The notes under the pieces: model-generated
Databases searched by the model: none
Told to the model about the DNA's origin: nothing
Seen by the model: only the letters and a program-made list of their open reading frames with translations
Translations under genes and position numbers: made by a program
DNA from: an uncultured Pseudomonadota bacterium
Lineage (GTDB): Bacteria > Myxococcota_A > UBA9042 > PHBI01 > CALCNF01
Assembly: GCA_937897815.1 (NCBI GenBank)
Contig: CALCNF010000145.1
Location: forward strand, 1 to 36,505
DNA: 36,505 nucleotides
Reading direction: 5' to 3'
Shown here: piece after piece, positions 1 through 8,881 of the stretch
Layout of the letters: the number at the start of each line of letters is the position of its first letter
Position numbering within the stretch: the first letter of the stretch is position 1

Positions 1-52
1 AGACGCCCGCCGCTGCAAAGAAGGAGACGCCCGCCGCTGCAAAGAAGGAGAC
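1..52 (+). repeat. Perfect 24-bp in-frame tandem repeat (2 full copies plus partial flanks) encoding TPAAAKKE
   Basis: The unit acgcccgccgctgcaaagaaggag occurs at 3-26 and identically at 27-50. nt 1-2 (ag) match the end of a preceding copy and nt 51-52 (ac) start a degenerate next copy. The array probably continues upstream of the window. Confidence 0.9.
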
Positions 53-356
53 CACCGCGCCAACCAAGTCTTCGGGGCGCAGGCGCGCCTCGAGTGACCA
101 GGCGAAGGTCTCGAAGCCCAGCGAGCCCGGCCGTCAGGCCATCACCAATCCGGACGCGGAGGCGGTTCGCGGGCTCCTGGCCAACGTCCCTAAGCGCCGG
201 CTCCCTCGCTCGGAGTCCGCCCTCCTGAACGCGGTGCGCAACTATCGGGAGTCGGTCGGTCTCAGGTCGAGGCCGTCCACCATCGTCAAGCACCTCCAGG
301 ACTGCGGCGTTCTCGATCTGAGCGTCTCTCCGATCCGCTACAATCTGGGCGCTTGA
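1..356 (+). CDS. 3' end of a CDS truncated by the window edge. Lys/Ala/Pro-rich repeat protein (TPAAAKKE repeats) with a ~70-aa non-repetitive C-terminal tail; function unknown.
   Basis: The frame is open from the window edge (codon phase starts at nt 3) to TGA at 354-356. Translation reads TPAAAKKETPAAAKKETTAPTKSSGRRRASSDQAKV...LQDCGVLDLSVSPIRYNLGA. No competing ORF of 60 aa or more exists here in any frame. No family recognised. Confidence 0.5.
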   Translation, partial: TPAAAKKETPAAAKKETTAPTKSSGRRRASSDQAKVSKPSEPGRQAITNPDAEAVRGLLANVPKRRLPRSESALLNAVRNYRESVGLRSRPSTIVKHLQDCGVLDLSVSPIRYNLGA

Positions 357-420
357 TTGCCAGACCTCGACCGCTCAGTCACCATAGAGCGGTCTCTCTT
401 CACCACCTGCGGGGCCTCTG

Positions 421-636
421 ATGGGCGCATCTGATCGAAGCTGGCTGGCCACCCTCCTGCTGTGCATCCTGCTCGGCGAGCTGGGGATTCATCGCTTCTA
501 CACGGGCAAGATCGGCACCGGGATCCTCATGCTCCTCACCCTCGGAGGGTTCGGGATTTGGTGGCTCATCGACGTGATCTTTATCGCCATCGGTAGGTTC
601 GAGGACGGCAAGGGTCGTCTGATCACCAGCGGGTGA
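421..636 (+). CDS. TM2 domain-containing small membrane protein
   Basis: 71 aa with two hydrophobic helices and the TM2-type core [37 protein letters not shown]. Confidence 0.85.
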   Translation: MGASDRSWLATLLLCILLGELGIHRFYTGKIGTGILMLLTLGGFGIWWLIDVIFIAIGRFEDGKGRLITSG

Positions 637-639
637 TCC

Positions 640-1833
640 TCAGGGGCTCTTGCTCTCCCAGGTGAACCGGGGATCCACGTCCTCGCCGGCGAGATAGCTC
701 TGGTAGGCGTCCTGACCGAGCAGGTGGGCGCGCATGAACGCGACCAGGGTCTTGGCTCCGGCCTCGCGCGCCTCCTTCGGGCTCTCTCCTCCCGTACACA
801 GACCGGCCGCGCCGCTGTCGATGTAGTCCATGTGCCCGGCGCTGGGATCGACGTGGTGATACGCGACCGCGGCGCCGTTGGCCGCGTCGTAGTAGGCCTC
901 ATGATTCTCCGCCGCGGGCGCGCATGGCTGGAAGCCCTCGCCTCCCTTTCCGGCGCCAAGAAAGCCCGCTGGGATCGCGAGGTCTCCGATGAGCTCCGGC
1001 GTGACGCTCGGGTTCTCTGGGGTCGGAGTGGTGTCAAAGGGACCGCCGATGGAGTCCACCGGGTCGAGGGTGTAGACGGCCTTGATGCGCGGATCCTGAA
1101 GGGCCGTCATCAGGGCGACCTTTCCGCCTCGCGAGTGCCCCGCGATCCCGAACCCGGACGCGTCGAGGCTCCCCCCGATAGGACCGCTCAGCTGCTCGTT
1201 CTCAGCCACGATCCAGTCCAGCATGGCAGAGCTATGAGCGGCCAGGTCTGCGTGGTCGATTGCGTTGAGAAACGAGTCGCCGAAGGAGGGGGTCAAGACG
1301 ATAAAGCCGTGGGTCGCCAGGCGCTCGCTGGTGATCGCGAAGTCTGACGCGGAGAGCATGAATCCTGGCAAGAAGAGCACCGCTCGCGAAGGCGCGTCCG
1401 ACTCAGGGACATAGAGCTTCGCCTGGAAGGACGACCCCTGGCCGGAGACCGAGACGGTCTGAACGGTCACCGGGTGTTCACCGAGCTCTCCGGGTTCGAA
1501 CCAGGGCTCGGTGATGATCTCCTCAGCGTCCGCTTCTCCGTTCCCGGAGTCGGTCAGGTCGACGGTGTCCAGGAGCGCGTCTTCGTCCGCGGTGTCCGGC
1601 GCCGGCGGCCGTCCGACGTCCAACGCTTGCGCGGTGTCCTGAGGAGGCGTCCGAATCGAGTCGGCCTCATCGGGGACATCGGTCGTCGCGTCGACCTGCG
1701 AGGCGTCGCTCACGAGCACGGACCACCCGTCCGCGGCCGGGGCCGCCCCCGCGCCGGTCGATGAGTCCTCGCAAGCGAGGAGCATAAGGCTCGCTGTGCA
1801 GGTGATTATGAGGAGCGTAGAGCAGGGTCTCAT
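640..1833 (-). CDS. Secreted lipoprotein alpha/beta hydrolase, chlorophyllase / PAF-acetylhydrolase-like family
   Basis: Preferred start is ATG at 1833 (MRPCSTLLIITCTASLMLLAC, lipobox LLAC) with AAGGAG 9 nt upstream; the ORF track start (GTG 1860) is less likely. An acidic low-complexity linker follows. The nucleophile elbow GIAGHSRGGKVAL, plus LDPVDS and AGHMDY, are arranged as a Ser/Asp/His triad. Confidence 0.75.
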   Translation of the reverse strand: MRPCSTLLIITCTASLMLLACEDSSTGAGAAPAADGWSVLVSDASQVDATTDVPDEADSIRTPPQDTAQALDVGRPPAPDTADEDALLDTVDLTDSGNGEADAEEIITEPWFEPGELGEHPVTVQTVSVSGQGSSFQAKLYVPESDAPSRAVLFLPGFMLSASDFAITSERLATHGFIVLTPSFGDSFLNAIDHADLAAHSSAMLDWIVAENEQLSGPIGGSLDASGFGIAGHSRGGKVALMTALQDPRIKAVYTLDPVDSIGGPFDTTPTPENPSVTPELIGDLAIPAGFLGAGKGGEGFQPCAPAAENHEAYYDAANGAAVAYHHVDPSAGHMDYIDSGAAGLCTGGESPKEAREAGAKTLVAFMRAHLLGQDAYQSYLAGEDVDPRFTWESKSP

Positions 1834-1997
1834 CGGGGTTCTCTCCTTGAGCGCGCACACCCTGCCACAGGACGTGACTCAACACACAGCGTGTTCGTAG
1901 CGTGTCAGAATCGCTTCTCATGGAGTTCTCCCTGCGGTTGGTGCTACAGTCCTCCTCGGATGGGATGTTTTGGCACGGCGCGCGGCGTCAAGCAGAC

Positions 1998-3503
1998 ATG
2001 AGCACAACACACTCGATCCCCTCGGCCCGTCTCTCTCGGGCCAATGATCTTCCGCCCAATCCTGGCGGCGCCTACGTCCTTTATTGGATGACCAGCGCCC
2101 GTCGTCTCACCGACAACTTCGGACTCGAGCACGCGATCAGCTGGTCGCGGCGTCTCGGACGCCCGCTCCTCATCTTCGAGGCGCTCCGATCTGACTACCC
2201 GTGGGCCTCAGCGCGTCACCACCGCTTCATCCTCGACGGTATGGCGGCCAACCGGCGCGCTCTGGCGGCCGTGAGCGGCGTGCGTCACTACGCCTACGTG
2301 GAGCCGTCACGGGGTCACGGCGCGGGGCTCCTGGCGGCCCTCGCCGCTTCAGCCTGCGTCGTCGTCACCGACCACTTCCCCTGCTTCTTTCTCCCGAGGA
2401 TGATCGCGGCTGCCGCTCAGAAGGTCCCCGTGTCTCTTGAGGTCGTCGACAGCAACGGCATCATGCCTCTGTCCACGGCGCCCAAGGTGTTCACGACCGC
2501 CTTCTCCTTTCGAAGGCACCTGCACAAGAACGTCCTTGAGCACCTCGAAGACATGCCCCTGCCCGACCCGCTGGGCGCCGCGGGCCTGTCGGGTGACCTG
2601 GAGCTCCCTTCGAGCCTCCTTGAGCGATGGCCCGAGGCCAGCCCAGAGCTGCTGGGTTCCGACCCGAGCGCTCTGGCTCGATTGCCTATCGACCATGAGG
2701 TGGAGCCCACCGGCCTTGAGGGGGGCGCCCAACAGGGTCTCGAGCGGGCGGCGAAGTTCGTCGAAGCCCGACTCGGCGCGTACCCCCAAGAGCGCAACGA
2801 GCCAGAGAGCCCCGGCGGCAGCGGCCTCTCACCGTTCCTTCACTTCGGCCACCTGTCGGTCCACTCGGTCATGCGCATGCTGGTTGAGCACGAGGGCTGG
2901 ACGCCCGAGCGCGTCGCGCCCAAGCCCACGGGCAGCCGTGGCGGGTGGTGGGGCATGAGCGAGGCGGCGGAGTCCTTCATCGACGAGCTCGTGACGTGGC
3001 GGGAGGTCGGCTACACCTTTGGGCACCTCCGTCCCCATGACTACGATGCCTACGAGAGCCTCCCTTCCTGGGCGCTCGAGACCCTCGAGGAGCACGCGGA
3101 TGACCCACGCGAGCATGTCTACGAGCGTACGGCGCTCGAGGCGGCCGAGACCCATGATGAGCTGTGGAACGCGGCCCAGCGACAGCTCGTGGCTGAGGGA
3201 CGGATCCACGGATATCTGCGGATGCTCTGGGGGAAGAAGATCCTGGAGTGGTCCGAGCACCCTCGAGTCGCGTTGGCGCACCTCATCGAGCTCAACAACA
3301 AGTATGCCCTCGACGGGAGGAACCCGAACTCCTACTCCGGGATCTTCTGGACGCTCGGTCGCTTCGATCGTGCCTGGGGCCCGGAGCGACCGATCTTCGG
3401 CAAGATCCGCTACATGAGCAGCGCGAACACGGCGCGCAAGGTGCGCGTCCGAGGCTACCTGGCGCGCTGGTCAGGTGCCCAGCCCGAGCTGCCAGGACTC
3501 TAG
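1998..3503 (+). CDS. phr: Deoxyribodipyrimidine (CPD) photolyase, class II
   Basis: The C-terminal FAD-binding block WREVGYTF...RIHGYLRMLWGKKILEW...LNNKYALDGRNPNSYSGIFWTLGRFDRAWGPERPIFGKIRYMS is typical of class II photolyases. ATG 1998 (MSTTHSIP) is preferred over the upstream start at 1902. Confidence 0.85.
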   Translation: MSTTHSIPSARLSRANDLPPNPGGAYVLYWMTSARRLTDNFGLEHAISWSRRLGRPLLIFEALRSDYPWASARHHRFILDGMAANRRALAAVSGVRHYAYVEPSRGHGAGLLAALAASACVVVTDHFPCFFLPRMIAAAAQKVPVSLEVVDSNGIMPLSTAPKVFTTAFSFRRHLHKNVLEHLEDMPLPDPLGAAGLSGDLELPSSLLERWPEASPELLGSDPSALARLPIDHEVEPTGLEGGAQQGLERAAKFVEARLGAYPQERNEPESPGGSGLSPFLHFGHLSVHSVMRMLVEHEGWTPERVAPKPTGSRGGWWGMSEAAESFIDELVTWREVGYTFGHLRPHDYDAYESLPSWALETLEEHADDPREHVYERTALEAAETHDELWNAAQRQLVAEGRIHGYLRMLWGKKILEWSEHPRVALAHLIELNNKYALDGRNPNSYSGIFWTLGRFDRAWGPERPIFGKIRYMSSANTARKVRVRGYLARWSGAQPELPGL

Positions 3504-3507
3504 GCGC

Positions 3508-4437
3508 TCAGTCCCAGAGACGGGTCGACATGTAGCGCTCGCCGATGTCGTTGAGCAGCGTGACGATCACGCCCTTGCCGATGGATCGGGCGACGTCGTA
3601 CACGCCCGCCATGTACGCCCCCGAGCTCTGGCCAGCGAAGAGGCCGACCTGGGCGAGACGCTGCGTCATCTCCCAGCTCACGTCCACGTCCGAGTCCCAC
3701 ATCTTGGTGATCAGGCTCTCATCGAGGATCTCGGGGACGATGTCCTCGGGGTCCTTGAGCGGCTTGAGCCCCTCCACGCCCGGGAAGGCGTCAGGGACGA
3801 CGCAATGGACCTCTACGTCTGGGTTCTCGTCGCGCAGCCGTCGCCCCGTACCCGTGAGGGTCCCGCCTGTGCCGACACCACAGACCAGGTGCGTGACCCG
3901 ACCCTCGGTCTGCTCCCAGATCTCGGCTCCGGTCGTGTCGTAGTGGGCGCGCCAGTTGTGCTCGTTGCCGTACTGATCACAGAAGAAGTAACGCTCGGGC
4001 TCCGCCTCGGCCATGCGTCGAACCTCACGCAGCGCCTCGTCATAGCCGTCCTGGGCGCTCGTGTGGTGGATCTCCGCTCCGTGGGCGATCATCCGCTTCT
4101 TGCGCTCCATGGAGGCGTTGTCGGGGATCACGAGCTTCACGGGGATGCCGAGGGCCTTGCCGATCCACGAGTAAGCGATGCCCGCGTTCCCGCTCGAGGA
4201 GTCGAGGATCGTCCGCTCTGGCGTGAGTCGACCGTCCTCGAGAGCGTGGAGCAGCATGCCCATCACCGGGCGATCCTTGAGGGATCCGCCCGGATTAAAG
4301 GACTCGACCTTGGCGTAGATCTCCACTTCAGGAAGCTCGTCCTGAAAGCAGTCGATCCGCACCAGAGGCGTGTTGCCTATCAGCCCGAGCGCCGGGTAGC
4401 GCTGGGCGTAGCGAGCCTGAAGCTCTCTCGTGTTCAT
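3508..4437 (-). CDS. Cysteine synthase family PLP-dependent enzyme (CysK/CysM-like)
   Basis: Motifs NTPLVRI, ESFNPGGSLKDRP (PLP lysine), SSGNAG and GVGTGGTLTG (phosphate-binding loop). GGAG lies 5 nt upstream of ATG 4437. Co-oriented with the cyclophilin gene, with 1 nt between them. Confidence 0.9.
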   Translation of the reverse strand: MNTRELQARYAQRYPALGLIGNTPLVRIDCFQDELPEVEIYAKVESFNPGGSLKDRPVMGMLLHALEDGRLTPERTILDSSSGNAGIAYSWIGKALGIPVKLVIPDNASMERKKRMIAHGAEIHHTSAQDGYDEALREVRRMAEAEPERYFFCDQYGNEHNWRAHYDTTGAEIWEQTEGRVTHLVCGVGTGGTLTGTGRRLRDENPDVEVHCVVPDAFPGVEGLKPLKDPEDIVPEILDESLITKMWDSDVDVSWEMTQRLAQVGLFAGQSSGAYMAGVYDVARSIGKGVIVTLLNDIGERYMSTRLWD

Positions 4438-4438
4438 T

Positions 4439-4954
4439 CTAGCTCCGGACGATGGTCACGGACTCGATGGTGACGGGATCGAGCGGTCGGTCTCCGCCGT
4501 CGGTGCGGACCACGCCGATGGCGTCGACGATGTCCTGTCCCTCGACGACCTCGCCGAAGACCGCGTGTCGACCGTCGAGCCAACCGCAGGGGACGAGGGT
4601 GACGAAGAACTGGGAGCCATTGGTGTTCGGTCCAGCGTTCGCCATGGAGAGCTTGCCCTTGCCCGTGTGCTGGAGCTCGGGGTGGATCTCATCGGCGAAG
4701 CGGTATCCCGGGCCTCCGCGTCCGTCTCCGTCGGGGCATCCGCCCTGGAGCATGAAGTCGGCGATGACACGGTGGAAGGCCAGGCCGTTGTAGAAGGGGG
4801 AGCCGGTCTCGGTGCCCTCCGCCAGATCAATGAAGTTCTGGCACGTATTCGGGGCCTTCGTGTGGTGCAAGAGCACGGAGAAGTCACCCATGCTGGTGAC
4901 GAAGTTGGCGTGGATGGTGTCGGCGGTCTCTCGGGCCTCGATGGTCTTCAGCAT
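4439..4954 (-). CDS. ppiB: Peptidyl-prolyl cis-trans isomerase, cyclophilin type (cytoplasmic)
   Basis: Cyclophilin signatures [15 protein letters not shown] and [18 protein letters not shown]; no signal peptide; 171 aa. Confidence 0.9.
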   Translation of the reverse strand: MLKTIEARETADTIHANFVTSMGDFSVLLHHTKAPNTCQNFIDLAEGTETGSPFYNGLAFHRVIADFMLQGGCPDGDGRGGPGYRFADEIHPELQHTGKGKLSMANAGPNTNGSQFFVTLVPCGWLDGRHAVFGEVVEGQDIVDAIGVVRTDGGDRPLDPVTIESVTIVRS

Positions 4955-5113
4955 GGCTTCCTCTTCGGGTTCGGATAGGACTCGTGGCAGGGTCTATAGG
5001 CATGGGCCGTGCGCGCCGTCAAACGCTGCTTGTTCGCCACGAAGGACAAGGTTGTTGATTCCACCAACCCCTTTGGGGTTAACTCCACGCGCTCTGCTGC
5101 CCCGGGAGGCTCT

Positions 5114-8100
5114 GTGTCCAAGCGTTTCTTTTTCGCTCTATTCTTCATCGCGGCCCTCACCGTGACCTCCGCCGTCCTCGCCTGGCCCAACGGTCCAGAC
5201 GAGGAGCCCTGCCTGGCCATGCCCGATGACGGTGGCTACAAGGGGCAGTGGAATCTCTGGTCGTTCGTTCCTGGCCCTCACATGCCGGAGGCCTGCCCGG
5301 ATTGGGTCCGCGAGGACTGGACGACACGCGAGGGCTTCCGGGAGGAGGAGATCGCCCTGGGCGCCGGCATCCACGCCGACCGCGCCTGGCAGATCACGAC
5401 AGGAGACCCCCGGGTGATCGTCGCGGTCCTCGACTCTGGCGTCTACTGGGACAACACCGATCTGGTGAACAAGTACTACATCAACAAGGGCGAGCTGGCC
5501 GCCTGCTTGCCGAACCCGGTTGAGGCGAAGCTGGGGACCTGCGCAGGGGAGGCCGTGGCGTGCACCGCCGACGCGGACTGCGCCGCCAACGCGGACTGCG
5601 TGGACTGCGCGCCGACCTGCTCGGGAGCGGCGGCCGCGGTCGAGGAGACCCAGGGGACCTGCTCCGGTGACGCCGGAGGGAGCTGCAGCGCAGATGAGGA
5701 CTGCGCCGCCGTCGAGGGCTCGGTCTGCGAGGGTTACTCGCCGGCCGTCGAGGCCGTCGCCGGGACCTGCGCCGGCTCCTGCTATGGGGACTCGGACTGC
5801 GCGTCTACGGTCTGCGAGGGCGGTCTCACCGCCGTGGACTCCGCGGACGCCTTTGACGTCGACGGCTCTGGCTGGTTCGACATCCGAGACTACCTCGCCG
5901 CCTATGGAGATGACCTGGCCAAGGCTCTTGAGGACTGGGACAAGAACGCGAACGGCATGCTCGATCCCCAGGACCTGATCATCCACTGCTCCGATGGCGT
6001 CGACGATGACGGCAACGGCTATGTGGATGACATCTCCGGTTGGGACTTCTTCGCCGATGACAACGACGCCTACGATGACAACCGCTTTGGTCACGGAAAC
6101 GGTGAGGCCCGCGACTCGGTTTCGGAGGGCAACAACGGCAAGGGAGACATCGGTGTCTGCCCCGATTGCACCGCCCTGATGGTCCGCGCCGGAGACTCCT
6201 TCGTCGTCGACGCCAACGAGTTCGCCCAGAGCGTGATCTTCTCCGTGGACTCCGGCGCCTCGGTGATCCAGGAGGCCCTGGGCTCGGTGAACAACACGCC
6301 CTTCTCCCAGGACGCCATCAACTACGCCTATGACAACAACGTGACCGTGATCGCCTCGGCGGCTGATGAGCTGTCGTTTCATCACAACTTCCCGGGCACC
6401 AACAATCACACGGTCTACGTCCACGCGATCCAGTACGACGGCGCCAGCGGCGATCAGTCCACGACCTTCCTCAACTTCAACAACTGCACCAACTACGGAA
6501 TGCAGCTGCTCCTCTCCACGCCGGGGCTCGGATGCTCCTCTGAGGCGACGGGAATCACGGCGGGTCACACGGGCCTGGTGTACGCGGCCGGTCTGAAGGC
6601 TGAGCTTGATCCGCCGCTCTCGGCCGAAGAGGTGAAGCAGATCCTCACCCTGAACGTCGATGACATCAACGTGAACCCCAACGATGACCAGCCCACCAAG
6701 TTCAAGAGCGATGAGGGCTGGGACTGGCACTTCGGTTACGGACGCAACAACGCCCGAAAGACCGTCGACGCGGTTGTGGGAGGTCATATCCCTCCCGAGG
6801 TCGACATCGTCACCCCGCTCTGGTTCGAGGTGATCTACCCGGACACCACGCCCGAGGTGGAGATCACGGGTCGGCTCAACATCCGCCGCGACGGGAAGCC
6901 CGCGCGCTACGCCTCGGTGGATTGGCGCCTGGAGTACGCTCTGGGTGTCGCTCCCCGCGCCGGCTCCTGGGTAGAGTTCGCCTCAGGCTCCACCGAGGGT
7001 CATGAGGGCTCTTTGGCGGCCTGGAACGTCGCCGACGTCGACATCGATCTCGACGCGCCGCTCACCGACGCCCACCAGAACGCCGTGACGGTGCGTCTCC
7101 GGGCGGTCGCCAAGGACGCCGACGGTGAGGTGGTTCTCAACGGAGACGGTGAGCCTCTGTACGGCGAGATGCGCAAGGGTTTCCTCCTTGAGCGCGACCG
7201 CGACCTCGTCGAGGGCTACCCCCGCTACCTTGGAGGCTCTGGAGAGGCCGCGCCGACGTTCGCCGACCTGGATGGCGACGGCGCAGAGGAGCTGATCCTG
7301 GCGCTCTCTGATGGTCATATCCACGCCTACCATCACAACGGCGGTGAGGTGGAGGGTTGGCCCGTGAAGCTCAAGCGCCGCTGGGCGCTCGACGACTCCA
7401 ACCCCAACCACGTCCTGGGCTCATGCGCCTTCCGAGAGGACAAGACCGGCTGCCTGGTGGAGCGCGGCGTGGTCGACTCCGATGTGCGCCAGACGGTGAT
7501 GATGCCTCCGGCCATCGGAGACGTGGACAACGACGGTAACCTCGAGGTGGTCGTGGGCAGCTGGGATGGCTGGGTCACGGTCTACGAGCACGACGGAACC
7601 CTCAAGGAGGGCTGGCCCCAGTCGGTGGACTTCAGCCTGTTCCTGCCGAGCAAGGAGCACGTGATCGAGCCCGGCTTCTTCGCCTCGATGGTTCTGGCTG
7701 ATCTCGACGGTGAGCCAGGGCTGGAGATCATCGGCGCCGCCATGGACCAGCACGTTTATGTCTGGCACCACGACGGCCAGGCCATGGCTCCGTACCCGGT
7801 GAAGGTGAGCTCCGATCCGGAGCAGGGCGCTCGCATCATCTGCACGCCGGCCGTGGGCGACATCGATGGGGACGGCCTCATGGAGATCGCCGTGGGCACC
7901 AGCGAGACCTTCGGCGCCGGCGGCAACGCCAACGAGGCGCGCGCGTACGTCCTCGACTCGGAGACGGGCGCCATCGCGGATGGCTGGCCCCAGTCTCTCT
8001 ACGGTCTCACGGTCGACGTGCTCCCCATCGTCGGGCGCGGCATCGTGACCAACCCCATCCTGGTCGATCTGGACTACGACGGGACCCTTGAGATCAGCTT

Positions 8101-8881
8101 CGACACGATCTCCACTCAGGGCTGGATCTTCGACCACGATGGCGCCATCCACCGGAAGATGGACAACAAGGAGTTCGGATCAGGGTCCGACTCAGCGGAC
8201 ACGCCGGCGTACATCCTCATGAACAACGGTGCCATCGGGCACGTCGACCCGGAGGGCGGCATCGACTTCGTGAAGGGCACGGCTGGCTTCGACTTCGCCC
8301 TCGCCTTCGCCGGCGGTGGCGAGCGCGGGTACTTCGATCACCAGCTCAGCGGTTGGGACCTGGACACGGGTAAGATGATGGAGGGCTTCCCTCGCGTTCA
8401 TGACGATTGGCAGTTCTTCAACACGCCGACCATCGTGGACATCAACAACGACAACGACCCTGAGGTCCTGATCGGCTCCGCTGGCTACCTGGTCCACGCC
8501 TGGAACTACAAGGGCGAGGAGCCTGAGGGCTGGCCGAAGCAGACCGGCGGGTGGATCATGGCCGCGGTGGCCGTCGGTGATCATGACGGCGACGGGCTCT
8601 TCGACGCCGCGGTCACGACTCGCGACGGCTGGCTCTACATGTGGCGTACGCCCGGCAAGGCGGGCTCGAGCATGTTTGAGTGGAACGGCGCCAACCACAA
8701 CCCGATGCGCACGGGCAACTACGAGGACTCGCCGACTCCCTTCAAGGTCTGGAGCGCCCAGCCCGTGGAAGAGGTCAGCGAGGAGGAAGCGGGTCGCTCG
8801 GGTTGCGCGGGCGGCTCCAGCCCCTGGTCGTGGGTCCTGCTGACGGTCTTGGCGTTGGCGCTGGTGCGGCGACGGCTCTAG
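5114..8881 (+). CDS. Large secreted subtilisin-like (S8) serine peptidase fused to an FG-GAP/VCBS beta-propeller region, with a MYXO-CTERM-like C-terminal sorting tail
   Basis: Preferred start is GTG 5114 (VSKRFFFALFFIAALTVTSAVLA signal peptide) with GGGAGG just upstream; the ORF track start is 5009. Catalytic motifs are AVLDSGV (Asp), RFGHGNGEA (His) and GCSSEATGITAGHTG (Ser). The S8-type calcium loop DDDGNGYVDDISGWDF is present. About seven DxDGDG/GWP repeats occur (FADLDGDGAEEL, IGDVDNDGNLEV, LADLDGEPGLEI, VGDIDGDGLMEI, LVDLDYDGTLEI, IVDINNDNDPEV, VGDHDGDGLFDA). The tail is SGCAGGSSPWSWVLLTVLALALVRRRL. Confidence 0.85.
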   Translation: MSKRFFFALFFIAALTVTSAVLAWPNGPDEEPCLAMPDDGGYKGQWNLWSFVPGPHMPEACPDWVREDWTTREGFREEEIALGAGIHADRAWQITTGDPRVIVAVLDSGVYWDNTDLVNKYYINKGELAACLPNPVEAKLGTCAGEAVACTADADCAANADCVDCAPTCSGAAAAVEETQGTCSGDAGGSCSADEDCAAVEGSVCEGYSPAVEAVAGTCAGSCYGDSDCASTVCEGGLTAVDSADAFDVDGSGWFDIRDYLAAYGDDLAKALEDWDKNANGMLDPQDLIIHCSDGVDDDGNGYVDDISGWDFFADDNDAYDDNRFGHGNGEARDSVSEGNNGKGDIGVCPDCTALMVRAGDSFVVDANEFAQSVIFSVDSGASVIQEALGSVNNTPFSQDAINYAYDNNVTVIASAADELSFHHNFPGTNNHTVYVHAIQYDGASGDQSTTFLNFNNCTNYGMQLLLSTPGLGCSSEATGITAGHTGLVYAAGLKAELDPPLSAEEVKQILTLNVDDINVNPNDDQPTKFKSDEGWDWHFGYGRNNARKTVDAVVGGHIPPEVDIVTPLWFEVIYPDTTPEVEITGRLNIRRDGKPARYASVDWRLEYALGVAPRAGSWVEFASGSTEGHEGSLAAWNVADVDIDLDAPLTDAHQNAVTVRLRAVAKDADGEVVLNGDGEPLYGEMRKGFLLERDRDLVEGYPRYLGGSGEAAPTFADLDGDGAEELILALSDGHIHAYHHNGGEVEGWPVKLKRRWALDDSNPNHVLGSCAFREDKTGCLVERGVVDSDVRQTVMMPPAIGDVDNDGNLEVVVGSWDGWVTVYEHDGTLKEGWPQSVDFSLFLPSKEHVIEPGFFASMVLADLDGEPGLEIIGAAMDQHVYVWHHDGQAMAPYPVKVSSDPEQGARIICTPAVGDIDGDGLMEIAVGTSETFGAGGNANEARAYVLDSETGAIADGWPQSLYGLTVDVLPIVGRGIVTNPILVDLDYDGTLEISFDTISTQGWIFDHDGAIHRKMDNKEFGSGSDSADTPAYILMNNGAIGHVDPEGGIDFVKGTAGFDFALAFAGGGERGYFDHQLSGWDLDTGKMMEGFPRVHDDWQFFNTPTIVDINNDNDPEVLIGSAGYLVHAWNYKGEEPEGWPKQTGGWIMAAVAVGDHDGDGLFDAAVTTRDGWLYMWRTPGKAGSSMFEWNGANHNPMRTGNYEDSPTPFKVWSAQPVEEVSEEEAGRSGCAGGSSPWSWVLLTVLALALVRRRL

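Noticed and set aside
1876-1910. CarH/B12-photoreceptor operator in the photolyase promoter region
   Set aside because: The 11-bp phasing of GCGTGT prompted the idea. However, the repeats do not match the nAnnTnnACAn consensus as I recall it, only two repeats are present, and no CarH-like gene is in the window.
1970-1985. TGGCAC hexamer upstream of the photolyase start (possible sigma-54 promoter)
   Set aside because: The downstream element reads GCGGC rather than TTGCW, and the conserved GC is not at the required spacing. Other TGGCAC hexamers (about 4825, 6724 and 7763, and about 20029 and 27723 on the minus strand) lie inside genes and lack a -12 element.
5049-5085. Hairpins and a sigma-70-like motif upstream of the S8 peptidase gene (GGTTG-N10-CAACC, AACCCC-ttt-GGGGTT, TTGATT-N18-TTAACT)
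   Set aside because: The stems are short and the match to the promoter consensus is poor (4/6 and 3/6). They may be real leader structure, but sequence alone cannot distinguish them from chance.
5138-6787. Long antisense or alternative-frame ORFs overlapping confidently called genes. Examples: 5138-6787(-), 7421-8152(-), 3475-4473(+), 10194-10973(-), 14866-15849(+), 19321-20955(+), 20459-21337(-), 25751-26695(-), 26895-28121(+), 28556-29803(+), 28602-29375(-), 31905-32894(+), 32856-33683(-).
   Set aside because: Their translations are Arg/Gly/Pro/Ala/His-rich with no recognisable motifs. They mirror genes that carry clear domain signatures on the other strand or frame. Such shadow ORFs are expected at this GC content because stop codons are rare.
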